From contig CAXNJO010000003.1 in the NCBI GenBank assembly GCA_964202905.1, positions 448,001-512,000 of the forward strand: a stretch of 64,000 nucleotides of DNA. The letters are read 5' to 3'. The DNA comes from Polyangiales bacterium. GTDB taxonomy: Bacteria > Myxococcota_A > Polyangia > Polyangiales > JADJQN01. The notes under the pieces are model-generated. The model did no database searches. It was not told where the DNA came from and saw only the letters and a list, made by a program, of their open reading frames with translations. Positions 10,930 to 20,712 of this stretch are shown here, piece by piece. Both the position numbers and the translations under genes were made by a program. Every line of letters begins with the position of its first letter. Position 1 is the stretch's first letter.

Positions 10930-13628
10930 TCAGCGGCGGGCGCGGAGGCTGGCCTGCGCGGCGGCGATGCGCGCGATGGGGACGCGGAAGGGCGAGCAGC
11001 TCACGTAGGCGAGGCCGACCTCCTCGAAGAAGGCGATCGAGGCGGGGTCCCCGCCGTGCTCGCCGCAGACGCCGAGCTTGATCTCCGGGCGCGCGCCGCG
11101 GCCGCGCTCGCAGGCCATGCGCACGAGCGCGCCGACGCCCTCGACGTCGATGCTGGCGAACGGGTCGCGCGTCAGCACGCGCAGGCCCTCGCCGAGGTAG
11201 TCCGGCAGGAAGTGGCCCGCGTCGTCGCGGCTCACGCCGAGCGTCGTCTGCGTGAGGTCGTTCGTGCCGAAGGAGAAGAACTCCGCGCTCGCGGCGATGC
11301 GGTCGGCGACGACGCACGCGCGCGGCAGCTCGATCATCGTGCCGAAGAGGTAGGGCACGCGGCGCCCCCGCGCGACGAACACCGATTCGGCCGCGTCGCG
11401 CACCGTGCGTTCGATGCGCGCGAGCTCCTCGGCGAGCATGACGACGGGGATCATGATCTCGGGCTGCACGTCGACGCCCTCTTCGGCGACGAGGCACGCC
11501 GCGTCGAGGATCGCGCGCGCCTGCGTCGCGTAGACGTCCGGGTGCGTGAGGCCGAGGCGCGCCCCGCGGTGGCCGAGCATCGGGTTGATCTCGTGCAACT
11601 GCTCGGCGCGGCGCGCGACGACGTCGACGGGCTCCTTCAGCTCCGCGGCGATCTGCGCGAGCTCGGCCGCCTCGCGCGGCATGAACTCGTGGAGCGGCCA
11701 GTCGAGGAGGCGAATGGTGACGGGCAGCCCGGCCATCGCGCGGAAGATCTCGACGAAGTCCTGGCGCTGCATCGGCTCGATGCGGGCGAGCCAGCGCGCG
11801 CGCTCCTCGGGCGTGCCCGCGAGCACCACGCAGCGCACCGCCGAGAGCCGATCGGCCGCGAAGAACATGTGCTCGGTGCGGCAGAGCCCGATGCCCTCGG
11901 CGCCGAACGCGCGCGCGTCGCGGGCGCCCTTCGGCGTGTCGGCGTTCGCGCGGACGCGCATGCGGCGCGCCGCATCCACCCAGCCCATCAGGCGATCGAA
12001 GCCCGCGACGGCCGCCGCGGGCTCGACGGGCACCTCGCCCGCGTAGACCTTGCCGGCCGTGCCGTCGAGCGTGAGCACGTCACCGCGCACGAACACGCGC
12101 TCGGCGCTCCCGCCGTGCGCGCGCACGACGAGCTTGCCCGCGCGCACGTCGACGTGCAGATCGCTCACGCCCGCGACGCAGCACTTGCCCATGCCGCGCG
12201 CGACGACGGCGGCGTGCGAGGTCATGCCGCCCATCGCGGTCAGGATGCCCTGCGCGGCCTTCATCCCGTGGATGTCCTCGGGGCTGGTCTCGCCGCGCAC
12301 GAGCAGCACCTTCGTGCCGTCCTTCGCCGTGCGCACGGCGTCGTCGGCGTCGAAGACGATGATGCCCGTCGCGGCGCCGGGGCTCGCGGGGAGGCCCGAC
12401 GCGAGCGGGAAGATGCCGTCCTTCGCGAGGCGCTCGGGCGGCGGCACACGCGGGTGCAGGAGCTGCTCGACGCGCGCCGGGATCGACGCGGAGCACGGCC
12501 TCGTCGGGGGTGATCAGGCCCTCGTCGACCATCTCGACGGCGATGCGCACCGCGGCGCGCCCGGTGCGCTTGCCGTTGCGCGTCTGCAGCAGCCAGAGCT
12601 TGCCGCGCTGGATCGTGAACTCGATGTCCTGCACGTCGCGGAAGTGCTGCTCGAGGCGCGCCGCGACCTCGACGAACTGCGCGTAGACGCCGGGCAGCGC
12701 GCGCTCGAGCGACTCGTGCTCACGCCCGCGCGGCGAGGCCGCGGCGGCGACCGGGCGCGGCGTGCGGATGCCCGCGACGACGTCCTCGCCCTGCGCGTTG
12801 AGCAGGTACTCGCCGTAGAGCAGGCGCTCGCCCGTCGAGGGATTGCGCGTGAACGCGACGCCGGTGCCGCAGTCGTCGCCCATGTTGCCGAAGACCATGG
12901 ACTGCACGTTCACCGCCGTGCCCCAGTCGTCCGGGTAGTTGTACATGCGGCGGTAGGTCAACGCGCGCTTGCTGTTCCAGCTCTCGAAGACGGCGGCGAC
13001 GGCGCCCCAGAGCTGCGCGTGCGGGTCCTCCGGGAAGGGCTTGCCCGTCTCGGCGAGCACGAGCGCCTTGAGCCGACCGACGAGCGTCTCGAGCGCCTCG
13101 GCGGGCACCTCGGGATCGGGCATCGAGGGGTTGCCGAGCTCGCGCTTGAGCGCCGAGAGGTGCTCCTCGAAGTGGTGCCGATCGATGCCGAGCACGACGC
13201 CGCCGTACATCGTGAGAAAGCGCCGGTACGCGTCGAAGGCGAAGCGCCGATCGCCCGTGTTCGCGGCGAGCGCCTCCACCGTCGCGTCGTTGAGACCCAC
13301 GTTCAGGATGGTGTCCATCATGCCGGGCATCGACACCCGCGCGCCCGAGCGGACCGAGAGCAGCAGCGGCTGCGCCGTGTCGCCGAAGCGCGCGCCGAGC
13401 GACCTGTTCGACCGTCGCGAGCGCGGCGAGGACCTCGGGGCGCAGCGAATCGGGCCACGCGCCCGCCGCCGCGGTCACGGCGCGGCACGCCTCCGTCGTG
13501 ATCGTGAGACCCGGCGGTACGGGGATGCCGAGCCGCGTCATCTCGGCGAGCCCGGCGCCCTTGCCGCCGAGCAGCTCCTTCGCCTGCGAGGCCGGGGGAT
13601 CCGCGAAGAGGTGGACGTAACGCGTCAT
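10930..13628 (-). CDS. ppdK: Pyruvate, phosphate dikinase (two apparent frameshifts at ~13403 and ~12480)
   Basis: LLGGKGAGLAEM, SVRSGARVSMPGMMDT, NAQGEDVVAGIRTP, GGMTSHAAVVARG (phospho-His), GIGLCRTEHMF, FSFGTNDLTQ, GVCGEHGGDP spread over three frames. Confidence 0.93.
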
Positions 13629-13687
13629 GGCCGCGGAACGCTACCAGAGGCGACGGGCACCGCCAACGCGCGCCACGTCCAACGCGC

Positions 13688-14446
13688 TCAGGTGCGGAAC
13701 GAGGGGTCGAGGCGATCGAGCTTGCGGAGCAGCGCCGGCCACACGAGCGCCTCGCTCGCGGCGGCGAGGCCCATCTTGCCGATCATCTCGTTCTTCGCGA
13801 GGACGCCGGGCTCGGTGGGGTACGGGTCGCGCGTCGCCGAGAGCGTGCGCACCTGCATCGCGCACGCGCGCTCGAGGAAGTACATGCGCGTGAAGGCCGC
13901 CGAGACCGTCTGCCCGACGGTGAGCGTGCCGTGGTTGCGCAGCAGCATCACCGAGTGCGCGCCGAGATCCTTCTGGAGGCGCGGGCGCTCGGCGTGGTCG
14001 AAGGCGACGCCCTCGTAGTCGTGGTAGGCGAGGTCGCCGATGACGAGCTGCGCCGTCTGGTTGAGGGGCAACAGGCCCTCGCGCGAGCACGCGACCGCGG
14101 TGCCGTCGAGCGTGTGCAGGTGCAGCACACAGCCGGCGTCCGCGCGCGCCTCGTGGATGGCCGAGTGGATCGTGAAACCCGCGGGATTCACGGGATATCC
14201 CGTGTCGAGCAGGATCTTCGCGTCGAGGTCGATCTTCACGAGGCTCGAGGCCGTGATCTCCTCGAAGAGCATCCCGTACGGGTTGATGAGGAAGTGGTGC
14301 GCGCCGCCCGGCACACGCGCGGAGATGTGCGTGAACACGAGGTCGTCCCAGCCGAACAGCGCCACGAGGCGGTAGGCGGCGGCGAGGTCGACGCGGACCG
14401 CCCACTCTGCCTCGCCGACCTGCTCACGAATCGAGGGTGTCGTCAT
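13688..14446 (-). CDS. Class II aldolase/adducin family protein
   Basis: RVDLAAAYRL, THISAR, FLINPYG, NPAGFTIHSAIH, HLHT, LRNHG. Confidence 0.92.
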   Translation of the reverse strand: MTTPSIREQVGEAEWAVRVDLAAAYRLVALFGWDDLVFTHISARVPGGAHHFLINPYGMLFEEITASSLVKIDLDAKILLDTGYPVNPAGFTIHSAIHEARADAGCVLHLHTLDGTAVACSREGLLPLNQTAQLVIGDLAYHDYEGVAFDHAERPRLQKDLGAHSVMLLRNHGTLTVGQTVSAAFTRMYFLERACAMQVRTLSATRDPYPTEPGVLAKNEMIGKMGLAAASEALVWPALLRKLDRLDPSFRT

Positions 14447-14556
14447 GGCGCGAGCGTGCCACGACGCGCCGCGTGTCTCGCACGCAAAAACACCCGCGGC
14501 GCCGAGGCCGCACGAGGGCCCCGACGCCGCAGAGAGGGAGCGAGACTCGAACGCGC

Positions 14557-16614
14557 TCAGCCCGGGCCGATCGGGACCTCGATGCGGGGCGGCACGAGGA
14601 AGAAGATCGCGCGGTCGTCGAGCGGCGTGAAGCCGTCGCCGAGCACGCGCAGGTTCGCGCGGAACACCTGCGGCGAGATCGTCGGCATGACGGTGTCGTT
14701 CTGCTTCACGACGATGTCGAAGCAGACGGGCGTGCCGGGGCGCACGCCACGAAACGTGTCGGGGAAGCCGTCGCCGTTCGTGTCCTCGGCGGGCAGGGCC
14801 TCGCAGCGGCCGGGCACGCCCGCGGTGTTCGCCTCGAGGTGATCGACGAAGGCCGCGAAGGCGTCGACGGAGTCCGCCGGATCGTCGACGAACTGCACGG
14901 AGATGTCGATCGGCGTCTGATTCGCGAGCGTCTGGATCTGGCGCACGACGTCGTCGCCGATGGAGCCCGACCACGTCGTGACGAGGGGCGTGCCCGCCCC
15001 GTCGACGGCGCCGGTGTCACGCGCGATCGCCTCGAGATCGGAGCGCCCGCCGCCGTTCACCGCGACGCCGATCACGCGGATGCGCGAGGCGGTCGAGGCG
15101 CCGACGACCTCGGCGTACGTCGGGCCGCCGAACGAATACGCATCCTCGCCCATCGGCCCGTTGTGCGAGTCGATGTCGGTGATCATGACGACGATCGGCA
15201 CCGCGGAGTTGCGGAAGCAGGGCCACCCGACCGTGCGATCCGCGGGGCAGGCCGCGAAGCCGCCCGCGCCCGACGCGCGCGACGCGGACCAGCCGCTCGG
15301 CCCGGCGAGCCCGTTGCCCGAGGCGACCGCGTAGAGCGCGGGGAAGCCCGACTCGGGGCCGTCGCCGCCGTAGTGCGTCGTGAGCCGGTTGACCGACGCC
15401 TGCGCGGTCGCGGTGTCCGCCGTGAGATCTTGCAGGTGGTAGAAGGCGCGGTCGCCCGAGCTGGCGTAGCCGTAGGGGGCCTGCTGGTAGTCGTCGTAAC
15501 CGCCGACGCCGAACCACACATCGGGGATGACGGCGCGCACGCGGTCGATGAGGCCCGAACCCGGCGTCGAGAGGCCGCTCTTCAGCGAGGCGATCGCGCC
15601 GCCCATCGAGCCCGTCGTGTCCATGAGGAAGTAGACGTCGGCGATGCGCAGATCGGTCGCGAACGAGAGCGTGTCGCGCACGGGATCCGGCGCCTCCAGG
15701 TACGGCTCGAAGAAGACGAAGTCACCGCGCGTGCGCGGGCTCGAGGTCGGGTCGGTCGCGTCGCCGGAGCAGGTCGCGTCGCCCGCGGGGCACGCGCCGA
15801 TCTCCACGAGATCGGTGACGCCGTCGCCGTCCGAGTCGGCGAGGAGCGGGTCGGTGCCCGCGAGCGCTTCGTCGGCGTCGGAGAGGCCGTCGTTGTCGGA
15901 GTCCGGATCGCGGTAATCCGGGATGAGGTCCATGTCCGTGTCGCGCGCGGGCGTCAGCAGATCCGCGTCGCCCGCCTCCATCGCGTCGGTGAGGCCGTCG
16001 TTGTCGGCGTCGAGGTCGAGGCGATCGGGGACGCCGTCGCTGTCCGTGTCGTCGGGGACGAACGATTCCTCGAGGTCGCGGACGGTGTCGCCGTCGCTGT
16101 CGGTGTCGAGGTAGTCGGGCGTGCCGTCGCCGTCCGAGTCGGCGGGGGCCGCGGGGTCGGCGCCGATCTCCACCGAGTCGCGCGCGCCGTCGCCGTCGTT
16201 GTCGAGGTCGCGCGAGTTGGGCTGCGTGTCGTTGTCGAGATCCTCGGCGCCCTCGACGAAGTCGGGGATGCCGTTGCCGTCGCTGTCGAGGTCGCGGAAG
16301 TCGTACGTGCCGTCGCCATCGGTGTCGGCGGGGACGCCGCCGAGCACGCCGCCCTCGTCCGCGTCCGGCACGCCGTCGTCGTCGCTGTCCGCGTCGCGGT
16401 AGTCGGGGGTGCCGTCACCGTCCGTGTCGACGTCGTCCGCGCGGCCTTCGAAGGAATCCGAGATCCCGTCGCCGTCCTCGTCGGGCGCGGTCGGGTCCGA
16501 GCCCCCGTCGCGCATCGCCACGGGGCGGCGGCGCGGGTCGGCCCCGGGATCGGAACAACCCGCCGAGACCGTGGCGAGCGCGAGCGCACAGAGAACGACA
16601 GCGGCGAGACGCAT
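14557..16614 (-). CDS. Lipoprotein adhesin with thrombospondin type-3 (DxDxDG) repeats and integrin-beta-like vWA domain (CglD-like architecture)
   Basis: Lipobox SAGC, many DTDGDG/DSDGDG Ca-binding repeats, MIDAS-like YFLMDTTGSM, GGDGPES. Confidence 0.8.
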   Translation of the reverse strand: MRLAAVVLCALALATVSAGCSDPGADPRRRPVAMRDGGSDPTAPDEDGDGISDSFEGRADDVDTDGDGTPDYRDADSDDDGVPDADEGGVLGGVPADTDGDGTYDFRDLDSDGNGIPDFVEGAEDLDNDTQPNSRDLDNDGDGARDSVEIGADPAAPADSDGDGTPDYLDTDSDGDTVRDLEESFVPDDTDSDGVPDRLDLDADNDGLTDAMEAGDADLLTPARDTDMDLIPDYRDPDSDNDGLSDADEALAGTDPLLADSDGDGVTDLVEIGACPAGDATCSGDATDPTSSPRTRGDFVFFEPYLEAPDPVRDTLSFATDLRIADVYFLMDTTGSMGGAIASLKSGLSTPGSGLIDRVRAVIPDVWFGVGGYDDYQQAPYGYASSGDRAFYHLQDLTADTATAQASVNRLTTHYGGDGPESGFPALYAVASGNGLAGPSGWSASRASGAGGFAACPADRTVGWPCFRNSAVPIVVMITDIDSHNGPMGEDAYSFGGPTYAEVVGASTASRIRVIGVAVNGGGRSDLEAIARDTGAVDGAGTPLVTTWSGSIGDDVVRQIQTLANQTPIDISVQFVDDPADSVDAFAAFVDHLEANTAGVPGRCEALPAEDTNGDGFPDTFRGVRPGTPVCFDIVVKQNDTVMPTISPQVFRANLRVLGDGFTPLDDRAIFFLVPPRIEVPIGPG

Positions 16615-16685
16615 GCAGAGCCTCCGGGTGACGGACTGAACCGTCGTTCATGGTACCGGCGTCGCGCCGCGCGCGATAGCGCGAA

Positions 16686-18113
16686 TCAGCGCGCGTCGTC
16701 GTCCGAATCGCCGCCCGCGTCGAGCCCCGCGAGCCGCCGCGCGAGCGCCATGCGCGCGTCCCAGTCGTAGCGGCGCTCGATCACGACGCGCTGCGCCTGC
16801 GGGGAGCCTGCGCCGTGCATGCACTCGAGACGCAGCGGCACGCTGAGCGCGCCGTACGCCATCGCCTCGACGAGGCGCAGCGTCTTCACGCGCTCGTCGC
16901 TGCCGACGACGCCGCGCAGGCGCGCGCCGAGCTCCGGATGTTCGAGATCCGCGAGCGAGGGGAGCGTACCCATGAGCCCGCCCGCGAGATCCTCCGCGAG
17001 ACGCACGACCTCGTACGGGATCTTCGTCACGTTCTGCTTGCAGACGTTCGCGAGGAGCGCGTCCACCTGCCACACGCCCGCGTCGTGCCGCGTGCTCTTC
17101 GTGCTCGCGGCGAGGCCGACGCCGTGCAGCGTCTCGGTGAGGTGCGCCATCTCGACGAGCTTGTCGCGCACGTGCGCGACCTCGCGCACGCCGTGCGCCT
17201 TCGCGAGCACGGCCGCCGCGCCGATCAGCACGTCGAGGTTGCCGGGTTTGCAGCCGCCGTAGCTCGCGCGGTGATAGCCCGCGAAGGCCTCGACCAGCGT
17301 GCCGACGGCGCCGAGGTCTCCGTCGAGGAAGACGCGCTCGCGCGGCACGAAGACGTCGTCGAAAAACACGATGCATTCCTGCCCGCCGTAGCGCGCGTTG
17401 CCCGCGTCGGGGCCGCCGCGCCGCTCGTCGGAGGGTTGCCGCCCGATCACCATCGACACGCCCTCGGCATCGACCGGGAGCGCGCACGCGATGGCGAAGT
17501 CCTCCTCGCCGGGGCGCAGCGCCTGCCCCGGCATCACGAGGATCTGGTGGGAATTCGCGGCCCCCGTCTGGTGCAGCTTCGCGCCGCGGATCACGACGCC
17601 CTCGGGCGTGCGCGACACGACGCGCAGGAACTGATCGGGCTGCGCCGCGGGACGCAGACGCCGATCGCCCTTCGCGTCGGTCATCGCGCCGTTCACGACG
17701 TCGTCGCGGCGCTGCACCTCCGCGAGCCAGCGCACGAAGCGCGCGTGCGACTCGGGGCCCGCCTCCCACGTCGCGAGAAAGAGCGCGTTGAGCCCGTCCA
17801 TGCCGACGCAGCGCTGGAAGCACGTGCCCGTCACGCGTCCGAGCACGCGCTGCAACTCGACCTTGCGCACGAGGTCGGCCGGCTCACGGAAGAGGTGCGT
17901 GAAGCGGTTGACGGGCGCGTCGATCACATCGCTGTGCGCGACGGCGAGCGCGCGGTGCTCGGGGTCGTGCGCCAGCGCGTAGGTCGCGCCGATCGCGTGG
18001 ATCGAAGGGCGCACGCGCGGGTGATCGACGGGGTCGCGCAGGCGCTCGCCGTCGAGGTAGACGACGAGGCGACGCGCACGCAGGCTCTCGAGGTAGTCGG
18101 CTTCGGTTCTCAC
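16686..18113 (-). CDS. abfD: 4-hydroxybutyryl-CoA dehydratase (AbfD; HpaB/4HBD family)
   Basis: CFQRCVGMD and HRASYGGC [4Fe-4S] ligand motifs, GAMTDAKGDR, GAKLHQTG, C-terminal ECMHGAGSPQAQR. Confidence 0.82.
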   Translation of the reverse strand: MRTEADYLESLRARRLVVYLDGERLRDPVDHPRVRPSIHAIGATYALAHDPEHRALAVAHSDVIDAPVNRFTHLFREPADLVRKVELQRVLGRVTGTCFQRCVGMDGLNALFLATWEAGPESHARFVRWLAEVQRRDDVVNGAMTDAKGDRRLRPAAQPDQFLRVVSRTPEGVVIRGAKLHQTGAANSHQILVMPGQALRPGEEDFAIACALPVDAEGVSMVIGRQPSDERRGGPDAGNARYGGQECIVFFDDVFVPRERVFLDGDLGAVGTLVEAFAGYHRASYGGCKPGNLDVLIGAAAVLAKAHGVREVAHVRDKLVEMAHLTETLHGVGLAASTKSTRHDAGVWQVDALLANVCKQNVTKIPYEVVRLAEDLAGGLMGTLPSLADLEHPELGARLRGVVGSDERVKTLRLVEAMAYGALSVPLRLECMHGAGSPQAQRVVIERRYDWDARMALARRLAGLDAGGDSDDDAR

Positions 18114-18206
18114 GGAAGGGCCTCCGCGCACGACGATAGCCCGACGCAGCGCCCCTTCGCGACGCGGGATGCGGGCGACGCGCGCGACGCCGAAGAGACG
18201 CCGCGA

Positions 18207-18701
18207 TCAGCGCACGGGGCGGTGGCCGTAGACGCCGGTGAGCTTGGTGGTGTCGACGCGCAGCGCGAGCAGCAGCGTGAAGAGGCGGCGGTACGTCTCG
18301 TGGTCGGCGCCGAGCTCGGGGAGCGCGCGCGCGAGCGTGCGCGCGGCGTCGTCGTGCACGACCTTCTTGCCCATGTCGAGCGCCTCGAGCTGCGCGGGGT
18401 GCAGCGAGCCGTCGTCCTGCGCCATGCGGCGCACGACGTCGACGTACTCCTTCACGTGGCGGCCGAGCACCTCGCGCGGGAGACGGAGCGCGAGCAGCGA
18501 GGCGCCCTCCTCGCTGCGCGCCTCGAGGTGCACGGCCTGCTCGCTTGGCGCGAGCCGGAGCCGCCACGCGTCGGCGACGCCGGAGAACACGAACACGTTG
18601 CGGCGCACGAGCTCCGCGATGGCGAGCCGCCACTCGGCGCGGCGCGTCTCGGGCGTCGCGCTCCACGTGTCCTCGGCGATCTCGATGGTGATGAGCGGCA
18701 T
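18207..18701 (-). CDS. UPF0262 family protein
   Basis: EWRLAIAEL, EALDMGKKVVHDDAA, RRLFTLLLAL pattern. Confidence 0.75.
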   Translation of the reverse strand: MPLITIEIAEDTWSATPETRRAEWRLAIAELVRRNVFVFSGVADAWRLRLAPSEQAVHLEARSEEGASLLALRLPREVLGRHVKEYVDVVRRMAQDDGSLHPAQLEALDMGKKVVHDDAARTLARALPELGADHETYRRLFTLLLALRVDTTKLTGVYGHRPVR

Positions 18702-18728
18702 GGGCTCTCCTCGTGCGCGCGCCCGGGC

Positions 18729-19808
18729 TCAGGCCTCGCGCACCTTCGCGACGCGGCCGCGCACGACGCCCGGGCTGCGCGGGTAGACGGTCAGCGTCGC
18801 GTCGTCGCGCAGCCCCGCCGCGAGCCGCTGCGCACCCGCGTACGCGATCATCGCGGCGTTGTCGGTGCACGACGCGGGCGACGGCAGCGAGAGCGTCACG
18901 CCACGCGCGGCGCAGAGCGCGGTGGTGCGCGCGCGGAGGCCGCGGTTGGCTGCGACGCCACCGGCGAGCACGAGCCTCGGCACGCCGCGCGTCTCGCAGG
19001 CGAGCAGGCTCTTCTGCACGAGCGCCTCGACGATCACCGCCTGAAAGGACGCGCAGAGATCGGCGAGCGCGTCGGGTGTCGCGGGCGCCCCTTGGCGCGC
19101 GACGTGCTGCGCGACGGCCGTCTTCAGGCCGCTGAAGCTGAACTCGAGCGAGCCGCGTCCGCCGACGTTGGGGCGCGGGAGCGCGACCGCGCGCGGATCG
19201 CCCGACGCCGCGAGCGCGTCGATGCGCGGGCCGCCCGGGTAGCCGAGCCCGAGCAGCTTCGCGACCTTGTCGAAGGCCTCGCCCGCCGCGTCGTCGCGCG
19301 TCTGCCCGAGCAAGATCTGCTCGGTGGGGGAGCGCACCTCGTAGAGCGCCGTGTGACCACCGCTCGCGAGCAGCGCGACGAAGGGATACGCCGCACCCCC
19401 CGGCGCTTCGCCGTCGCGGCGGAGCTGCACGGCGAGCAGGTGACCGACGAGGTGGTCGACGCCCACGATCGGCAGCCCGCGCGCGAACGCAAGCGCCTTC
19501 GCGAACTGCACGCCGACGAGCAGCGCGCCGACGAGCCCGGGCCCGTTCGTCACGGCGACCGCGTCGAGGCCCGCGAGCCCGCCAGGCAAGGCCGCGAGCG
19601 CCGACTCGACGACGCCCGCGATCACCTGCAGGTGCGCGCGGGACGCGACCTCCGGCACGATGCCCCCGTAGGGCGCGTGCAGGCGCACCTGGCTCGCGAC
19701 GACGTCGGAGACGACGTGGCCGTCTTGCAACACGACTGCAGCAGCAGTTTCGTCGCAAGAACTCTCGATGCCGAGCACGCAGCGCGGCCCGCCTTCCGCC
19801 GCGCTCAT
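18729..19808 (-). CDS. tsaD: tRNA N6-adenosine threonylcarbamoyltransferase TsaD
   Basis: LGIESSCDET, YGGIVPEVASRAH, GPGLVGAL, HLVGH, SGGHT, DDAAGEAFDK, FSFSGLKT, CTDNAAMIA. Confidence 0.97.
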   Translation of the reverse strand: MSAAEGGPRCVLGIESSCDETAAAVVLQDGHVVSDVVASQVRLHAPYGGIVPEVASRAHLQVIAGVVESALAALPGGLAGLDAVAVTNGPGLVGALLVGVQFAKALAFARGLPIVGVDHLVGHLLAVQLRRDGEAPGGAAYPFVALLASGGHTALYEVRSPTEQILLGQTRDDAAGEAFDKVAKLLGLGYPGGPRIDALAASGDPRAVALPRPNVGGRGSLEFSFSGLKTAVAQHVARQGAPATPDALADLCASFQAVIVEALVQKSLLACETRGVPRLVLAGGVAANRGLRARTTALCAARGVTLSLPSPASCTDNAAMIAYAGAQRLAAGLRDDATLTVYPRSPGVVRGRVAKVREA

Positions 19809-20441
19809 GGGCTGCACGCCAGGCGGAACACGCCGAAGAGGTCGCGTCCGGCGCTGTGCGCGGGCACGTCGCCGCCGCAGCGCTCGCCGGTGCTCGAGCT
19901 GCCGGCGCCCGCGAGGATGCGCGCCTCGAGCCCGCCCGACTCGAGGAACGAGACGTACAGCGTCGCGTCCTGACCGCATGGGGCTTCGGTGTCGAAGCGC
20001 TCCGGCGCGTCCTCGGCGCAGACGCGCACGGAGCCGTCCTCGGGGCCGCGCGTGCGGCGCACCGCGTAGAGCTTGTTCGCGAGGCGGCGCTCGCCGGGGA
20101 AGTCGAAGCGGCCGAGCAGATCGTGCTCGAGGGGCCCGACGATCCGCACGGGCGCGCAGTCGAACGCGCCGTCGCTCGTGGTGAGCAGCGCCTCGCTCGT
20201 CGCATCGCCGAGCGCGAGTCCGCGGCAGCGCTCGGGTACGAAGGGCCGGAAGGCGAGCTCGAGCGTCACGCTCTCGCAGAAGCCGCGCCGGATGAAGGCC
20301 GCGTCGCTCGTGCCGACGACGGCGCCGCGGCACACGCGGCCCGAGCCGGGCCCGACGGCCTCGAGGCTGGTGCAGCCGCCGAGCAGCGCGCACGAGCGCG
20401 GCGGCGAGGGCGGGGGTCGGTCGCGGCACGGGCGCGAGCAT
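19805..20441 (-). CDS. Hypothetical Cys-containing lipoprotein (probable frameshift near 20392)
   Basis: ATG 20441 MLAPVPRPTPALAAAL continues in another frame as CALLGGC (lipobox); stop overlaps tsaD start (ATGA). Confidence 0.6.
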
Positions 20442-20464
20442 AGCCGCAGCGCGCGCGGCGGGGC

Positions 20465-20670
20465 GGAGCGCGCGGCGCCCGACGAGCGGCGGAGCGCGCG
20501 CGGCGCCCGACGACGCGGCGAGGGCGGGCGCGCGGCGCCCGACGACGCGGCGGGGCGGTGCTGCCGCGTGCGCTCGACGACGCGGCGCCCGGCGCGCGGC
20601 GCGAGCGAGCGCGCGGCGCCCGACGGCGCGGCGCGGGCGGAGCGCGCGGCGCCCGACGACGCGGCCGCGG
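20465..20670. repeat. Imperfect intergenic tandem repeat, core GCGCGCGGCGCCCGACGACGCGGCG, about 5-6 copies
   Basis: Core visible near 20468, 20496, 20528, 20609 and 20642, with a degenerate copy near 20571. Confidence 0.75.
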
Positions 20671-20712
20671 CGCGGCACGCGCGCGGCCGCTGCGTGCAGT
20701 GAGGGCGCGCGC

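Noticed and set aside
10930..13628. ppdK as a true pseudogene or three separate genes
   Set aside because: All catalytic motifs are intact; breaks are single-base shifts, one in a homopolymer, consistent with sequencing error
16686..18113. 4-hydroxyphenylacetate 3-monooxygenase (HpaB) call
   Set aside because: Fe-S ligand motifs CxxxC and HxxxxxxC are characteristic of 4-hydroxybutyryl-CoA dehydratase; no flavin reductase is adjacent
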